This document shows, in pieces, positions 31,450 to 40,237 of a stretch of 64,000 bases of DNA. Under the pieces are notes generated by a model. The model saw only the letters and a program-made list of their open reading frames with translations, was not told the origin of the DNA and made no database searches. Numbering within the stretch: position 1 is the stretch's first letter; each line of letters opens with the position of its first letter. Origin of the DNA: an uncultured bacterium (GTDB lineage Bacteria > Acidobacteriota > Thermoanaerobaculia > Multivoradales > JAHZIX01); contig CBDUPA010000027.1 of NCBI GenBank assembly GCA_965368975.1, forward strand, positions 1 through 64,000, given 5' to 3'. A program made the position numbers and the translations under genes.

Positions 31450-33336
31450 CTACCCGTCCGTCAGCTCCATCTCCTCGACGCGGATCACCGGTGTCTCGCC
31501 GTGGACCTCCAGCTCGCCGCGCACCTGGATCAGGCGCCCCGCCCAGGGAATCTGGTAGTCGAGCTTCTCGCCCGGCTGTCCGGCCAGCAGGTAGACGACG
31601 TCCGTGCCATCGGTGCCGCGCACCAGCAAGCCAGGGGGCACGCCGCCGGTGAGGCAGAGGATGGCGCAGGCGCGGTGGACTTTACCGGTGCCGGGACGCA
31701 TGACGCCGAGGTAGCACTTGGTGTCGACCAGTTCGCCCACCAACTCGACGCCGCCCAACTTCGACGCCGGCGGTAGCCGTTCCTCCGCGGCCGGAGCGCC
31801 CAACACTTCGAAGCTGGCTTCGTCGTTCATCTCGACCATGGTCAAGCCTTGACGGTAGATCAGGCTGCCGTCGAAGCGCACCTTCTGGCCGTGGTTGCCT
31901 TGCGCCCACGGGGGCAGGCCGTTCTTGCCGAAGCCGGAGATCAGCAGCTCGGTACGACCGTCGTGCAGGCCTGCTGTCTCGGCCTCGGGGTCATCCGTGG
32001 GCGTGGTGAGGTGCAGCAGGGTGACGGGGGTTTCGTAGAGGACGCCCTCGAAGGTGCGCTGGACGCCGAACTCGAAGACACCGGTTTCCAGTTCGCGTTG
32101 CTGGTGCGCGATGATGGCGCTGACGACCGGTAGCAGGACGGCGAGCAGCACGCCGACGAAGACGAGGTGGCGCTTGAGGCCGGCGGGGAGGGCGAGGTAG
32201 CCGACGTAGAAGGGGTCGTCCTGGTTTGGGGAGGTACCAGCTGCGGAGGCCGCCTCGGCAAGGTCTGAGGGGGCGGGGACGCCGTCGCTCTTGACCTGCA
32301 ACTCGAGTGGCTCGGGATGGAGATAAACGTCACTGGATTTGCCGTCGTTCTCGACCAGGCGCAGGCGGTAGGTGGGCACCACCTCGGTGAAGGGCGGCGG
32401 ACTGCAGCCATCTTCGGCCCGGTACTGCCAGCCGTGCCAGGGGCAGGTGACGCAGCCGTCGATGATCTTGCCTTCGCCGAGCGGGCCACCCTGGTGGCGG
32501 CAGACGTTGGACATGGCGAACAGCTTGTCGTCGTGACGGAAGACGGCCAAGCGCTCGCCGCTGATCACCACCACCTTGCCGCGTCCCTCGACCACCTCTT
32601 CGGCGCGGCAGGCACGCACGAAGCCCTCCTGCTCGGCGTCCGTCCGGGCTTGGGCACGCTGCCGATCGATGCGACTCTCCTGTACGGCAGCGGCGATGTG
32701 CAGGCCGAGCACCGTCAAGACACCGACGCCGAGCAGCACCGGGTAGACCACGCTGCGTTCGCTCTGCAGGGCACCCAACGCGACGTGCAGCACCAGGAAG
32801 GCATAGGCGACGAGCACCAGTACGTGCAGCGTTTTCCAGAACGACGGACCGAGGTTGCGGTTCCAGAAGTCGTGGCTGGTGGCGGCCATGAAGAAGAGGA
32901 TCAGCAGGGCGCCGGCACCGAAGACCTCGAAGGGGAAGTGCGCCAGGGAGGTCAGACTGTAGTCCTGCGCGTAGGCGGCGAGGACGTTGAGGAACGGGTT
33001 CTCCGGTCCCAGCACGTGGAACTGGATCAGCGCCAGCGTCGCGTGCACCAGGCCGAGGAAGAACATGGTGACGCCGAGGTGGCGACGGTTGTAGAGCAGG
33101 GGCAGGAAGCGACGGTCGAGGCGCGCCAGCGGGCCGATGCACAGGATCACGTGTAGCAGCAGGAAGGCGGCCACGGCGGTCGAGCGCAGGATCAGCGTCT
33201 CGGCGGTGATGTGCGGGTTGGTCAGCAGGCTGACCACGACGAAAGCGCCCAGGCTGAGCAGCAGCACGCCGGCGAGCACGGCGTCGTAGAGCTTCTTGTG
33301 GGAGTTCCACTGCACGGAGGTGTAGCCGACGGACAT
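31450..33336 (-). CDS. Ferric-reductase-like transmembrane + Rieske [2Fe-2S] protein fused to a membrane-anchored Cys-containing domain
   Basis: NRRHLGV...H and W..LH heme-ligand helices; CRHQGG...CPWHG Rieske motif; C-terminal GELVDTKCYLGVM..KVHRACA. Confidence 0.85.
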   Translation of the reverse strand: MSVGYTSVQWNSHKKLYDAVLAGVLLLSLGAFVVVSLLTNPHITAETLILRSTAVAAFLLLHVILCIGPLARLDRRFLPLLYNRRHLGVTMFFLGLVHATLALIQFHVLGPENPFLNVLAAYAQDYSLTSLAHFPFEVFGAGALLILFFMAATSHDFWNRNLGPSFWKTLHVLVLVAYAFLVLHVALGALQSERSVVYPVLLGVGVLTVLGLHIAAAVQESRIDRQRAQARTDAEQEGFVRACRAEEVVEGRGKVVVISGERLAVFRHDDKLFAMSNVCRHQGGPLGEGKIIDGCVTCPWHGWQYRAEDGCSPPPFTEVVPTYRLRLVENDGKSSDVYLHPEPLELQVKSDGVPAPSDLAEAASAAGTSPNQDDPFYVGYLALPAGLKRHLVFVGVLLAVLLPVVSAIIAHQQRELETGVFEFGVQRTFEGVLYETPVTLLHLTTPTDDPEAETAGLHDGRTELLISGFGKNGLPPWAQGNHGQKVRFDGSLIYRQGLTMVEMNDEASFEVLGAPAAEERLPPASKLGGVELVGELVDTKCYLGVMRPGTGKVHRACAILCLTGGVPPGLLVRGTDGTDVVYLLAGQPGEKLDYQIPWAGRLIQVRGELEVHGETPVIRVEEMELTDG

Positions 33337-33368
33337 AGAGGTCTCCTTGCGCTACCGTTGTGGCCGGC

Positions 33369-34091
33369 TCAGAGGCTGAGGCCGTGGACCGCGACGAACT
33401 CGCGGTGACTGAGGGAGTAGAGCTTCAACACCCAACCGGTGTCAGGGTCGAAGTCCGCGGGCAGCGCGAAACGGTGGACGGTCGGGCCCCACAGCGTGCC
33501 GAGGAATTGCGTGTCGCCGTAGCCGCGTGCCGGTGCCAGGTAGAGCGCCAGGTCCGGGATCTCGAGGTCTGTGCCGACTTCGGCCACCAGCTGATGAGCG
33601 CTTCCGTCCGTGCGGACTTCGACGCGCACCATGTCGGCCCGAGGCAGGTCTGGGAACGGCTGCTCGACGGTGGCCACCAGTTGGGGGAGTTCCGCGTCCG
33701 GTGCCACGGCGCGCGCCTGCTCCGGCGCTGGGGCCGGTCGCAGGATCAACGCCGCTGCCGCCAGGGCTGGCACCACGAGCAGCACCAGCAGCGCCAGGCG
33801 TCGGTGTGTGCTGCGCAAGCCGCGGGGGCTCAACGGGGTTTCGACCGGGCCGGCCGTGTCGGCACCACCCGGGCCGTCACCACGGAGTGCCGTACGCCAC
33901 TTGACCGCCATCAGCGGCCACAGGCCGACGAGGCCGGGCGTGATCATGAGACGAAAGACGAAGCCCGCGTGCTCGACACCGGCGTCCGTACGGTGCAGCC
34001 CGGCACCGTGGAATGCCAAGGCGAACAGCACGCCGAGTCCAACGTACACCGCCACGGCGGTGAGCACCATCTGCCACATGGGTAGCCACAT
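33369..34091 (-). CDS. Hypothetical membrane protein
   Basis: Three hydrophobic helices; co-oriented with the Rieske gene; GAGGAG RBS. Confidence 0.65.
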   Translation of the reverse strand: MWLPMWQMVLTAVAVYVGLGVLFALAFHGAGLHRTDAGVEHAGFVFRLMITPGLVGLWPLMAVKWRTALRGDGPGGADTAGPVETPLSPRGLRSTHRRLALLVLLVVPALAAAALILRPAPAPEQARAVAPDAELPQLVATVEQPFPDLPRADMVRVEVRTDGSAHQLVAEVGTDLEIPDLALYLAPARGYGDTQFLGTLWGPTVHRFALPADFDPDTGWVLKLYSLSHREFVAVHGLSL

Positions 34092-34210
34092 ACTCGTGAG
34101 TCCTCCTCGGTTGTGATGGCATGGTATCGCAGGGGGGAGTACGGATCGACGAACCGGTTCGGATGGCCACTGCCGGAGGGGCCCCAGGCAGGGTTGAGTG
34201 CGAGAGGCCT

Positions 34211-34239
34211 TTGACCCTCCGTGATCGCACTACTATAAT
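34211..34239 (+). promoter_or_regulatory. Sigma-70 promoter of the precursor-MNIO operon
   Basis: TTGACC-N17-TATAAT. Confidence 0.75.
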
Positions 34240-34279
34240 GGCCTTAATTCGTCAAGTTTCACTATTCAAGGAGGTTGGA

Positions 34280-34477
34280 ATGAAGAAGAGAACCCTCAGG
34301 ACCACCGAGATCCTCGACAGCGCAGCGCTGGAAGCTGTCGTCGGCCAGATCGAGACGACCATCTCCACCGGCGAGCAGCCGGAAGAGCTGCATCCCAAGT
34401 GCTGCTCGGGCGTGCACAACGTGACGCTCGGCACCCGCACCTGCAGCATCGCCACGTCTTACGAGCCTCTCGGCTGA
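34280..34477 (+). CDS. Putative RiPP precursor (65 aa) for the MNIO enzyme
   Basis: AAGGAGG RBS; MKKRTLRTTEILDSAALEAVVGQIETTISTGEQPEELHPKCCSGVHNVTLGTRTCSIATSYEPLG. Confidence 0.8.
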   Translation: MKKRTLRTTEILDSAALEAVVGQIETTISTGEQPEELHPKCCSGVHNVTLGTRTCSIATSYEPLG

Positions 34478-34485
34478 GGTTCCCG

Positions 34486-34521
34486 CGCTGCGGCGGTGGG
34501 TGCTCGCCCATCGCCGCGGCG
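34486..34521 (+). other. 15-bp stem-loop between precursor and MNIO gene (attenuator or mRNA stabiliser)
   Basis: CGCTGCGGCGGTGGG-tgctcg-CCCATCGCCGCGGCG. Confidence 0.6.
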
Positions 34522-34561
34522 TTGGAGTGTGTTTCGCCTTTTGTTTGCGAGGAGACCTGCC

Positions 34562-35536
34562 TTGACCACGCCCCGCGCTGAGAGTTCAACTCCCACCATC
34601 GCACCCCCGCTCGCGGTGGCCGAGGCGCCGGCAGACGACCGTGCTGATCGTCTGGCCGCCCTGCCCAAGCTCGGTGTGGGCCTGAGCTTCGAAGGAGCGC
34701 TGCGCCAGTTCGTCTACGAGAACGCTGACTGCTTCGACTTCCTCGAAGTCGTCCCGGACTCGATGTGGAACGATCTGGGTCCCGGCGAGATCCCGCGCTA
34801 CGAGGTCAACGAGACGCAGGCCGCCCTGCTCGACTGGGTGCACGAGCGTATGCCGATCATCGCCCACAGCGTGGGTCTGTCGATCGGCAGCGCCGATCAA
34901 TTCGACCTGGAGCACGTGGCCCAGATCGCGCACTGGCAGCGCAAGTTCGGCTGCCCCTGGCACAGCGATCATCTCAGCTTCAACCGCTTCGAAGATCCCC
35001 ACGGCGACACCATGGAGGTCGGCATCACGCTGCCCGTGCCCTATGACGAAGAGGTGTTGCAGATGATCATCGAGCGGGTCAAGGTGATGCAGCAGGAAGT
35101 GCCGGTACCGTTCCTGCTCGAGAACAACGTCTACTACTTCAAGATCCCCGAGCAAGACCTGGACGAGGCCACTTTCCTCAACCGGATGATGCACGAGGCC
35201 GACTGTGGTCTGCTGCTCGATCTGCACAACGTCCACGTCAACGCCAAGAACCACGGCTTCGACCCTTACGAGTTCCTCGAAGGGTTTGACTTGAGCCGGG
35301 TGGTCGAGCTGCACATCGCGGGCGGTCTGGAAATCGACGGCGTCTACATGGACGCGCACAGCGGTCCGTGCCCGGACGAAGTCTGGGACTTGCTGCGCTG
35401 GATCATGCCGCGCACTCCGAATGCCTGCGGTGTCGTGTTCGAGGCTTTCGGTGGTTACGCCAAGGACATGGGCACCCAGGCGATCCGTGCCGAGTTGACC
35501 CAGGCACGCGACATCGTGATGCCTTTCATGTCCTGA
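34562..35536 (+). CDS. DUF692 multinuclear non-heme iron oxidative enzyme (MNIO)
   Basis: HSVGLSIGS, SDHLSF, LLENN, LLLDLHN..VN, ELHIAGG, DAHS, VFE metal-ligand motifs; AGGAG before TTG. Confidence 0.92.
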   Translation: MTTPRAESSTPTIAPPLAVAEAPADDRADRLAALPKLGVGLSFEGALRQFVYENADCFDFLEVVPDSMWNDLGPGEIPRYEVNETQAALLDWVHERMPIIAHSVGLSIGSADQFDLEHVAQIAHWQRKFGCPWHSDHLSFNRFEDPHGDTMEVGITLPVPYDEEVLQMIIERVKVMQQEVPVPFLLENNVYYFKIPEQDLDEATFLNRMMHEADCGLLLDLHNVHVNAKNHGFDPYEFLEGFDLSRVVELHIAGGLEIDGVYMDAHSGPCPDEVWDLLRWIMPRTPNACGVVFEAFGGYAKDMGTQAIRAELTQARDIVMPFMS

Positions 35537-35557
35537 CCTGGTTTCGGCATACCGATC

Positions 35558-36193
35558 ATGTCTCTACAAGGCTTCCAACAGGCGCTGGCGGATCTGGTGG
35601 CGTCGCCCGAGATGCGAGCCCTGGCTTGCCAGGATCCGGACGCTGCCTTCGCGCGCTACCAACTGAACTCCAAGGATCGCCGCCGTCTCGAAGCCCTGGC
35701 GCACGACCGCCGTGGCATGGGTGCCGGCAACCTGATCCACAACTCCTTCCGGCTCGGCCTGGTCGCCGAGACGCTCCCCAAGACCCTCAACCTGCTGGGG
35801 CCGGCACGCTCGGAGCCGTTACTCAAGAAGTACTGGCACACCACGCCGCCCAAGGACTTCCGCTACTCCAACGAGGCCTTTCGCTTCGCCGATCACCTGC
35901 GCCTGCAGCAGGATGAGGGCGAGCTGGACGAGCCGTTCCTGGAAGAAGTCCTCAACTTCGAGCTCACCACCTTGAGTGCGTTGCAGCACAAGAGCCCACC
36001 GCCCAAGCTGCTCGAGTTCCGCCACGACCCGGAAGTACTGCTGCCGGCGTTGGAGGACCCGGACGTCGATCCGCGGGCGCTGGACCTGGAGGAGGGCGAG
36101 TACTACGTGCTGGTGCGCAGGCTACCGTCTGGAGACCTCGACGCGCGTCCGATTCCGCCGGCGCTGGCGGCGCAGTTGATGGGGTCGGCCTAG
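35558..36193 (+). CDS. MNIO partner protein (DUF2063/RRE-like)
   Basis: Directly after DUF692; FQQALADLV..P, LP.T..LLG, EA.RFA..L, L.FE pattern typical of MNIO partners. Confidence 0.7.
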   Translation: MSLQGFQQALADLVASPEMRALACQDPDAAFARYQLNSKDRRRLEALAHDRRGMGAGNLIHNSFRLGLVAETLPKTLNLLGPARSEPLLKKYWHTTPPKDFRYSNEAFRFADHLRLQQDEGELDEPFLEEVLNFELTTLSALQHKSPPPKLLEFRHDPEVLLPALEDPDVDPRALDLEEGEYYVLVRRLPSGDLDARPIPPALAAQLMGSA

Positions 36194-36203
36194 CGGAACG
36201 CGC

Positions 36204-37415
36204 TCACAAGTACCGGATCCACGACTCCCGCCGCCGCCGCTTGACCCCCGCGAACCACTTGCACAGCGGGTAGTGCAGCGCCACCACCAGGAGCCAGACG
36301 CCATAGACCAGCAGTAGGCTCGGCCTGTAGCTCTCGGGCCAGTTCTGCGGTGCTTGCTGCCACCAGTAGACCTCGCCGTAGCGCAGCTGCGAATAGCCGA
36401 CGGCGAGCAGATGGATCACCACGAAGTGGATCAGGTAGAAGAAGAGCGGTACGCGGCCGAAGACCAGCAGGAACTGTGCGGTCTTGCCGCGGAAGGCTTC
36501 CAGGTGTGGGAGTAGCCACAATGCCGGCCCCAGGGTCATCAGCAAGAACAGTAGCGACGGTGGGTACTTGGTGGTGTTGAGGAAAGACAGCAGCGTGAAC
36601 AGAGGCCCACGATCATCGGCGATCCAGGGGCTGGGGTCGCCGTAGAGGTTCCAGGCGCGCAGCAGGACGAAGGCTACGGTCGAGCCGATGCCGAGCACCA
36701 GCAGGCGCCGTTGACGTTCACCGGCGCCCAGGCCGCCGGCTGCCGGAGCGGTGAACCAGCGTCCCAGCAGGTAGCCGAGCGCCATCACGGCCGGCCATGG
36801 TAGCAACGGGTAGACCACCATGAAGCCGAAACCGTCGCCCACGCCCAGCCAAGCCTGCTGGTGTAACAGCGCCCACAGATAGGCGAGAGGCCGTGCTAGT
36901 TCTTGGGCACGGATTCCGTCCAGCAGGTTGTGGCCTGCCACCAAGAGCAGGGACGCCGTGAGCAACCACCGCTCGTCGAGCCCTTTCTCCAGTAGCCAGA
37001 CGAGGCCGGCGAGCAGAACCATCGACCAGCCGAGAATCCAGATGACCTGCACGAAGCCCCAGCCCATCGGGTAGCTCCACCAGCTCAAGTTCATCCAGGT
37101 CAGCTCGAGAAAGATCAACCAAAAGCCGCGCGTGACCAGGAAACGGCGCAGCGCCGGTAAGCCCTGGCGTTGACCGTAGAGGTAGGAGCCGGTTCCAGCG
37201 AGCAAGACGAAGACGGGGGCGCAGAAGTGGGTAATCCAGCGCGTCAGGAAGAGCATTGGTGGAGCTTGGTCCAGTTGCTCGGGTTGGAAAGGGAAGGGGC
37301 CGAAGAAGTCGCGCACATGGTCCAGCGCCATGATCACGATCACCAAGCCGCGCAGCAGGTCGAGGCTGTCGATGCGGTGGTTGCGGGACTTGGGGGTTGT
37401 GGTTTCGGTCTGCAT
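36204..37415 (-). CDS. DUF1624 / heparan-alpha-glucosaminide N-acetyltransferase-like membrane protein
   Basis: RIDSLDLLRGLVIVIMALDHVRD, TRWITHFCAP.FV.LAG, KYPPSL. Confidence 0.85.
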   Translation of the reverse strand: MQTETTTPKSRNHRIDSLDLLRGLVIVIMALDHVRDFFGPFPFQPEQLDQAPPMLFLTRWITHFCAPVFVLLAGTGSYLYGQRQGLPALRRFLVTRGFWLIFLELTWMNLSWWSYPMGWGFVQVIWILGWSMVLLAGLVWLLEKGLDERWLLTASLLLVAGHNLLDGIRAQELARPLAYLWALLHQQAWLGVGDGFGFMVVYPLLPWPAVMALGYLLGRWFTAPAAGGLGAGERQRRLLVLGIGSTVAFVLLRAWNLYGDPSPWIADDRGPLFTLLSFLNTTKYPPSLLFLLMTLGPALWLLPHLEAFRGKTAQFLLVFGRVPLFFYLIHFVVIHLLAVGYSQLRYGEVYWWQQAPQNWPESYRPSLLLVYGVWLLVVALHYPLCKWFAGVKRRRRESWIRYL

Positions 37416-37552
37416 GTGCGGCTCCGTTCGACTAGAAGTTCTCACCTGACTACGGGGCTGGCCGTCGCCAGGTTGCTGAAGTCACCGTGCTACGCTTCCA
37501 TAATCTCGAAATCCGCTTCCCTTTCCGGGAAGTGAAACTAGGAGGAGACATC

Positions 37553-37717
37553 ATGAAGAAGCACACCAAGGCTCAGAAGCTGCAGCTACATCGCGAGACC
37601 CTGACCACCATCACCGAGCTGCAGTCGGTGCAGGGCGCCGGGTCGCAAAACCGGGCTTGTGCGACGTACACCGAGATCATTGGTCCTTGCGTGCCGACGT
37701 ACAACTGGCAGTGCTGA
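37553..37717 (+). CDS. Putative RiPP precursor (54 aa), KLxLxRETL-type leader
   Basis: AGGAGG RBS; MKKHTKAQKLQLHRETLTTITELQSVQGA|GSQNRACATYTEIIGPCVPTYNWQC. Confidence 0.8.
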   Translation: MKKHTKAQKLQLHRETLTTITELQSVQGAGSQNRACATYTEIIGPCVPTYNWQC

Positions 37718-37809
37718 TGCACTGAAACTATGGCGGGCGGGGTGGCTATGGCAAAGCGGCGGGTTACGGGTAGAATCCTAAGTTCGAAAGCACTCTTCCG
37801 GAGGACCCC

Positions 37810-39186
37810 ATGACCGAGCATGCACCGACTGATCTGCCTGCAGCCAACTCGCCCGTCCCTGTCCACCGTGTCCTCGACCTGGTCGATCCCGCGACGCAGC
37901 AGCTCGGTGATCTGAGCCTCGACGAGGCTCGCACCCGACTGCTCGATGCCGATCCGGAGGGCGTGTTGGAAATCCCCGGTTCGTTCGCGCTCATCGCTCG
38001 CGACGGCGAGCGCGTGAGCTTGGCGCGCAGTCTCGACCGGCCGTTGCGCTACTTCCTGGCCAAGGAAGAGGCGGGGCCGATGTTGATCGTCGCCGAGCGC
38101 ATCGACGAGATCCGTGCCTGTCTCGAAGAGCATGGCTACGGCGGTCAGTTCCATCCGACCTACACGCGGATGGTGCCGGCGCACCACGTGACGCAGCTGC
38201 GCCTGATCGGTTGTCCGGACCCGAATCCCGTCTACCGTCGCTTCTTCGCGCCGGAGCGCGCCACGGGGCCAGCGGATCTCGACGCACTCGGGGTGGCGTA
38301 CGTGGGTGCTCTGTGTGCCGAGCTGCGCGATTGGTTGCTGGCGGTGCCCAAGGAGGAGCCGCTGGGAGTGCTCTTCTCGGGCGGCCTGGACAGCGGTGCG
38401 GTGCTGCTGTGTCTGCACCAGCAGCTGCTCGAGCTGGGGCACAGCCCGGCGCGGCTGAAAGCGTTCACGCTGAGTGTCGATGGTGGTGGGGCCGACCTGG
38501 CGCAGGCACGCGAGTTCCTGCACCGCGTCGATCTCGAGTTCTTGCTCGAAGCCGTCGAGGTAGAGGCTGCCGCTCTCGATCCGCTCGAGGCGGTAGCGGT
38601 GATCGAGGACTACAAGCCGCTCGACGTCGAGTGCGCGACGCTGCAGCTCGCCCTGGTACGGGCTCTGCGCGAACGCTATCCGTGCGACCCCTCGACCAGC
38701 TGGACCTACCTGGTCGACGGCGACGGTGGCGACGAGAATCTGAAGGACTATCCGATCGAGGAGAACGCCGAACTGACCATCCGCAGCGTGGTCAACAACT
38801 CGATGCTCTACCAGGAAGGCTGGGGCGTCGCGGCGATCAAGCACTCGCTGACCTTCTCGGGCGGTTACAGTCGGGGCTGCGTGCGCACTTTCGCACCGGC
38901 TCGTCGCTTTGGCTTCGTCGGCTTCAGTCCCTATACGCGGCCGCGCCTGATCGAGGCTGCCGAGAGGATTCCATTTGCCGAGCTGACGGGTGGCGACCAC
39001 GGCAAGCTGTACGCGCTCAAGGGCGAGATCCTGCGTCGCGGCGTCGCCGCCCTGACCGGTCACGAGCTGCCGGTGTTCGAGAAGCGTCGCTTCCAGCACG
39101 GAGCGGCACCGGAGAGCGTGTGGCGGCGGCTCTTCGACGTCGACCCAGAGGTCTACCGCCGCCACTTCCTGAGCCTCTACGCCTGA
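37810..39186 (+). CDS. Asparagine-synthetase-like ATP pyrophosphatase (no N-terminal Cys glutaminase nucleophile)
   Basis: PP-loop LFSGGLDSG, DGDGGDENL, C-terminal K.ILR...KRRFQ. Confidence 0.85.
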   Translation: MTEHAPTDLPAANSPVPVHRVLDLVDPATQQLGDLSLDEARTRLLDADPEGVLEIPGSFALIARDGERVSLARSLDRPLRYFLAKEEAGPMLIVAERIDEIRACLEEHGYGGQFHPTYTRMVPAHHVTQLRLIGCPDPNPVYRRFFAPERATGPADLDALGVAYVGALCAELRDWLLAVPKEEPLGVLFSGGLDSGAVLLCLHQQLLELGHSPARLKAFTLSVDGGGADLAQAREFLHRVDLEFLLEAVEVEAAALDPLEAVAVIEDYKPLDVECATLQLALVRALRERYPCDPSTSWTYLVDGDGGDENLKDYPIEENAELTIRSVVNNSMLYQEGWGVAAIKHSLTFSGGYSRGCVRTFAPARRFGFVGFSPYTRPRLIEAAERIPFAELTGGDHGKLYALKGEILRRGVAALTGHELPVFEKRRFQHGAAPESVWRRLFDVDPEVYRRHFLSLYA

Positions 39187-39190
39187 GCCA

Positions 39191-40237
39191 GTGAACTCCC
39201 CTGTGCCAGGTGCCGGGTCGCTCGCCCAGCGCGTGCGTGCGTTGCGCTCGCCGAAGCCTCGGCACGATCCCTGGCGCGCGCAAGGGATCGCGATCGAGGA
39301 GGAGCGCCAGGCCGACGGGTCGCGTCGGCCGGCGGTGACGATCTTCCTGACGGGTGCCGAGTGCCCATTCGCGTGTGTCTACTGCGACCTGTGGCGCTAC
39401 ACCCTCGACGGGCCGACACCGCCCGGCGCCCTCGCCGTGCAGCTACGGCGGTCGCTGACAGAGGTAGCGGCGGTGGTCGGGCGCGAGGAGCTGTCGGAGG
39501 CGACGCTGAAGCTCTACAACGCGTCCAACTTCTTTGAGCCCCGTGCGGTGCCCCCCGGGGACCTGGAGCAGCTACTCGACCTCTTGGCTCCCTACGGCCG
39601 CGTGGTGGTGGAGAGCCACCCGCGCCTGGTGGACGAGCGGTGCCGCGAGTTCGCGGTCGGCCTGGCAGCCCGCGGCGGCGGCTGCTTGGAGGTGGCGATG
39701 GGCCTGGAAACCGTGCACCCGGAAGCGTTGCCTCGGCTTGGCAAGCAGACGTCGGTCGAGATCTTCGATCGCGCGGTAGCGACCTTGCGCGACAGCGGCC
39801 TGGCCCTGCGAGCCTTTGTGCTCGTGGGCACACCTTTCGTGCCGGCCGCCGAGCAACTGCACTGGACGCTGAGCTCGGTCGAGTACGCGCTGCAGGCGGG
39901 TGCCGAGCAGGTGTCCCTGATTCTGGTGCGCGATGGCAACGGGTATCTCGACTCCCTGGCCACGACGGACTTCCAGCGGCCCTCCTTGGCGCAGCTCGAG
40001 GAGGCGCTGGACCAGGCGCTGCGCCGTCAACACGAACGCCGGGCCAAGAAGGGCGCGATCCGCGAAGGGGAGGGACGAGAAGGTGTCGTGATCGCCGATC
40101 TGTGGGATGTCGAGCGCTTCTCGACCTGCGACGCCTGTATGGAGGCTCGGTACAACCGACTGGAGCGCATGAACCTCTTGGGCGAGCTGCCGCCGCCGGT
40201 GGCATGCACGCGCTGTGGCTCGTGCCATGAGCTCTGA
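39191..40237 (+). CDS. Radical SAM protein, RaSEA/Elp3-like
   Basis: CPFACVYC; KLYNASNFF, VVESHP, EVAMGLET; C-terminal CDAC...CTRC. Confidence 0.85.
   Translation: MNSPVPGAGSLAQRVRALRSPKPRHDPWRAQGIAIEEERQADGSRRPAVTIFLTGAECPFACVYCDLWRYTLDGPTPPGALAVQLRRSLTEVAAVVGREELSEATLKLYNASNFFEPRAVPPGDLEQLLDLLAPYGRVVVESHPRLVDERCREFAVGLAARGGGCLEVAMGLETVHPEALPRLGKQTSVEIFDRAVATLRDSGLALRAFVLVGTPFVPAAEQLHWTLSSVEYALQAGAEQVSLILVRDGNGYLDSLATTDFQRPSLAQLEEALDQALRRQHERRAKKGAIREGEGREGVVIADLWDVERFSTCDACMEARYNRLERMNLLGELPPPVACTRCGSCHEL

Noticed and set aside
36204-37415. DUF1624 acyltransferase as a RiPP tailoring enzyme
   Set aside because: It is on the opposite strand and belongs to a widespread stand-alone family. 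Only proximity supports a link.
37553-37717. Locally encoded lanthipeptide
   Set aside because: The leader and Thr/Cys content fit, but no LanB/C/M/KC gene is in the window. Processing in trans remains possible.
37553-39186. Lasso peptide cluster (AsnB-like = lasso cyclase)
   Set aside because: No B1/B2 (RRE/transglutaminase-like) genes, no Thr at -2 of the predicted core, and no Asp/Glu at core positions 7-9.
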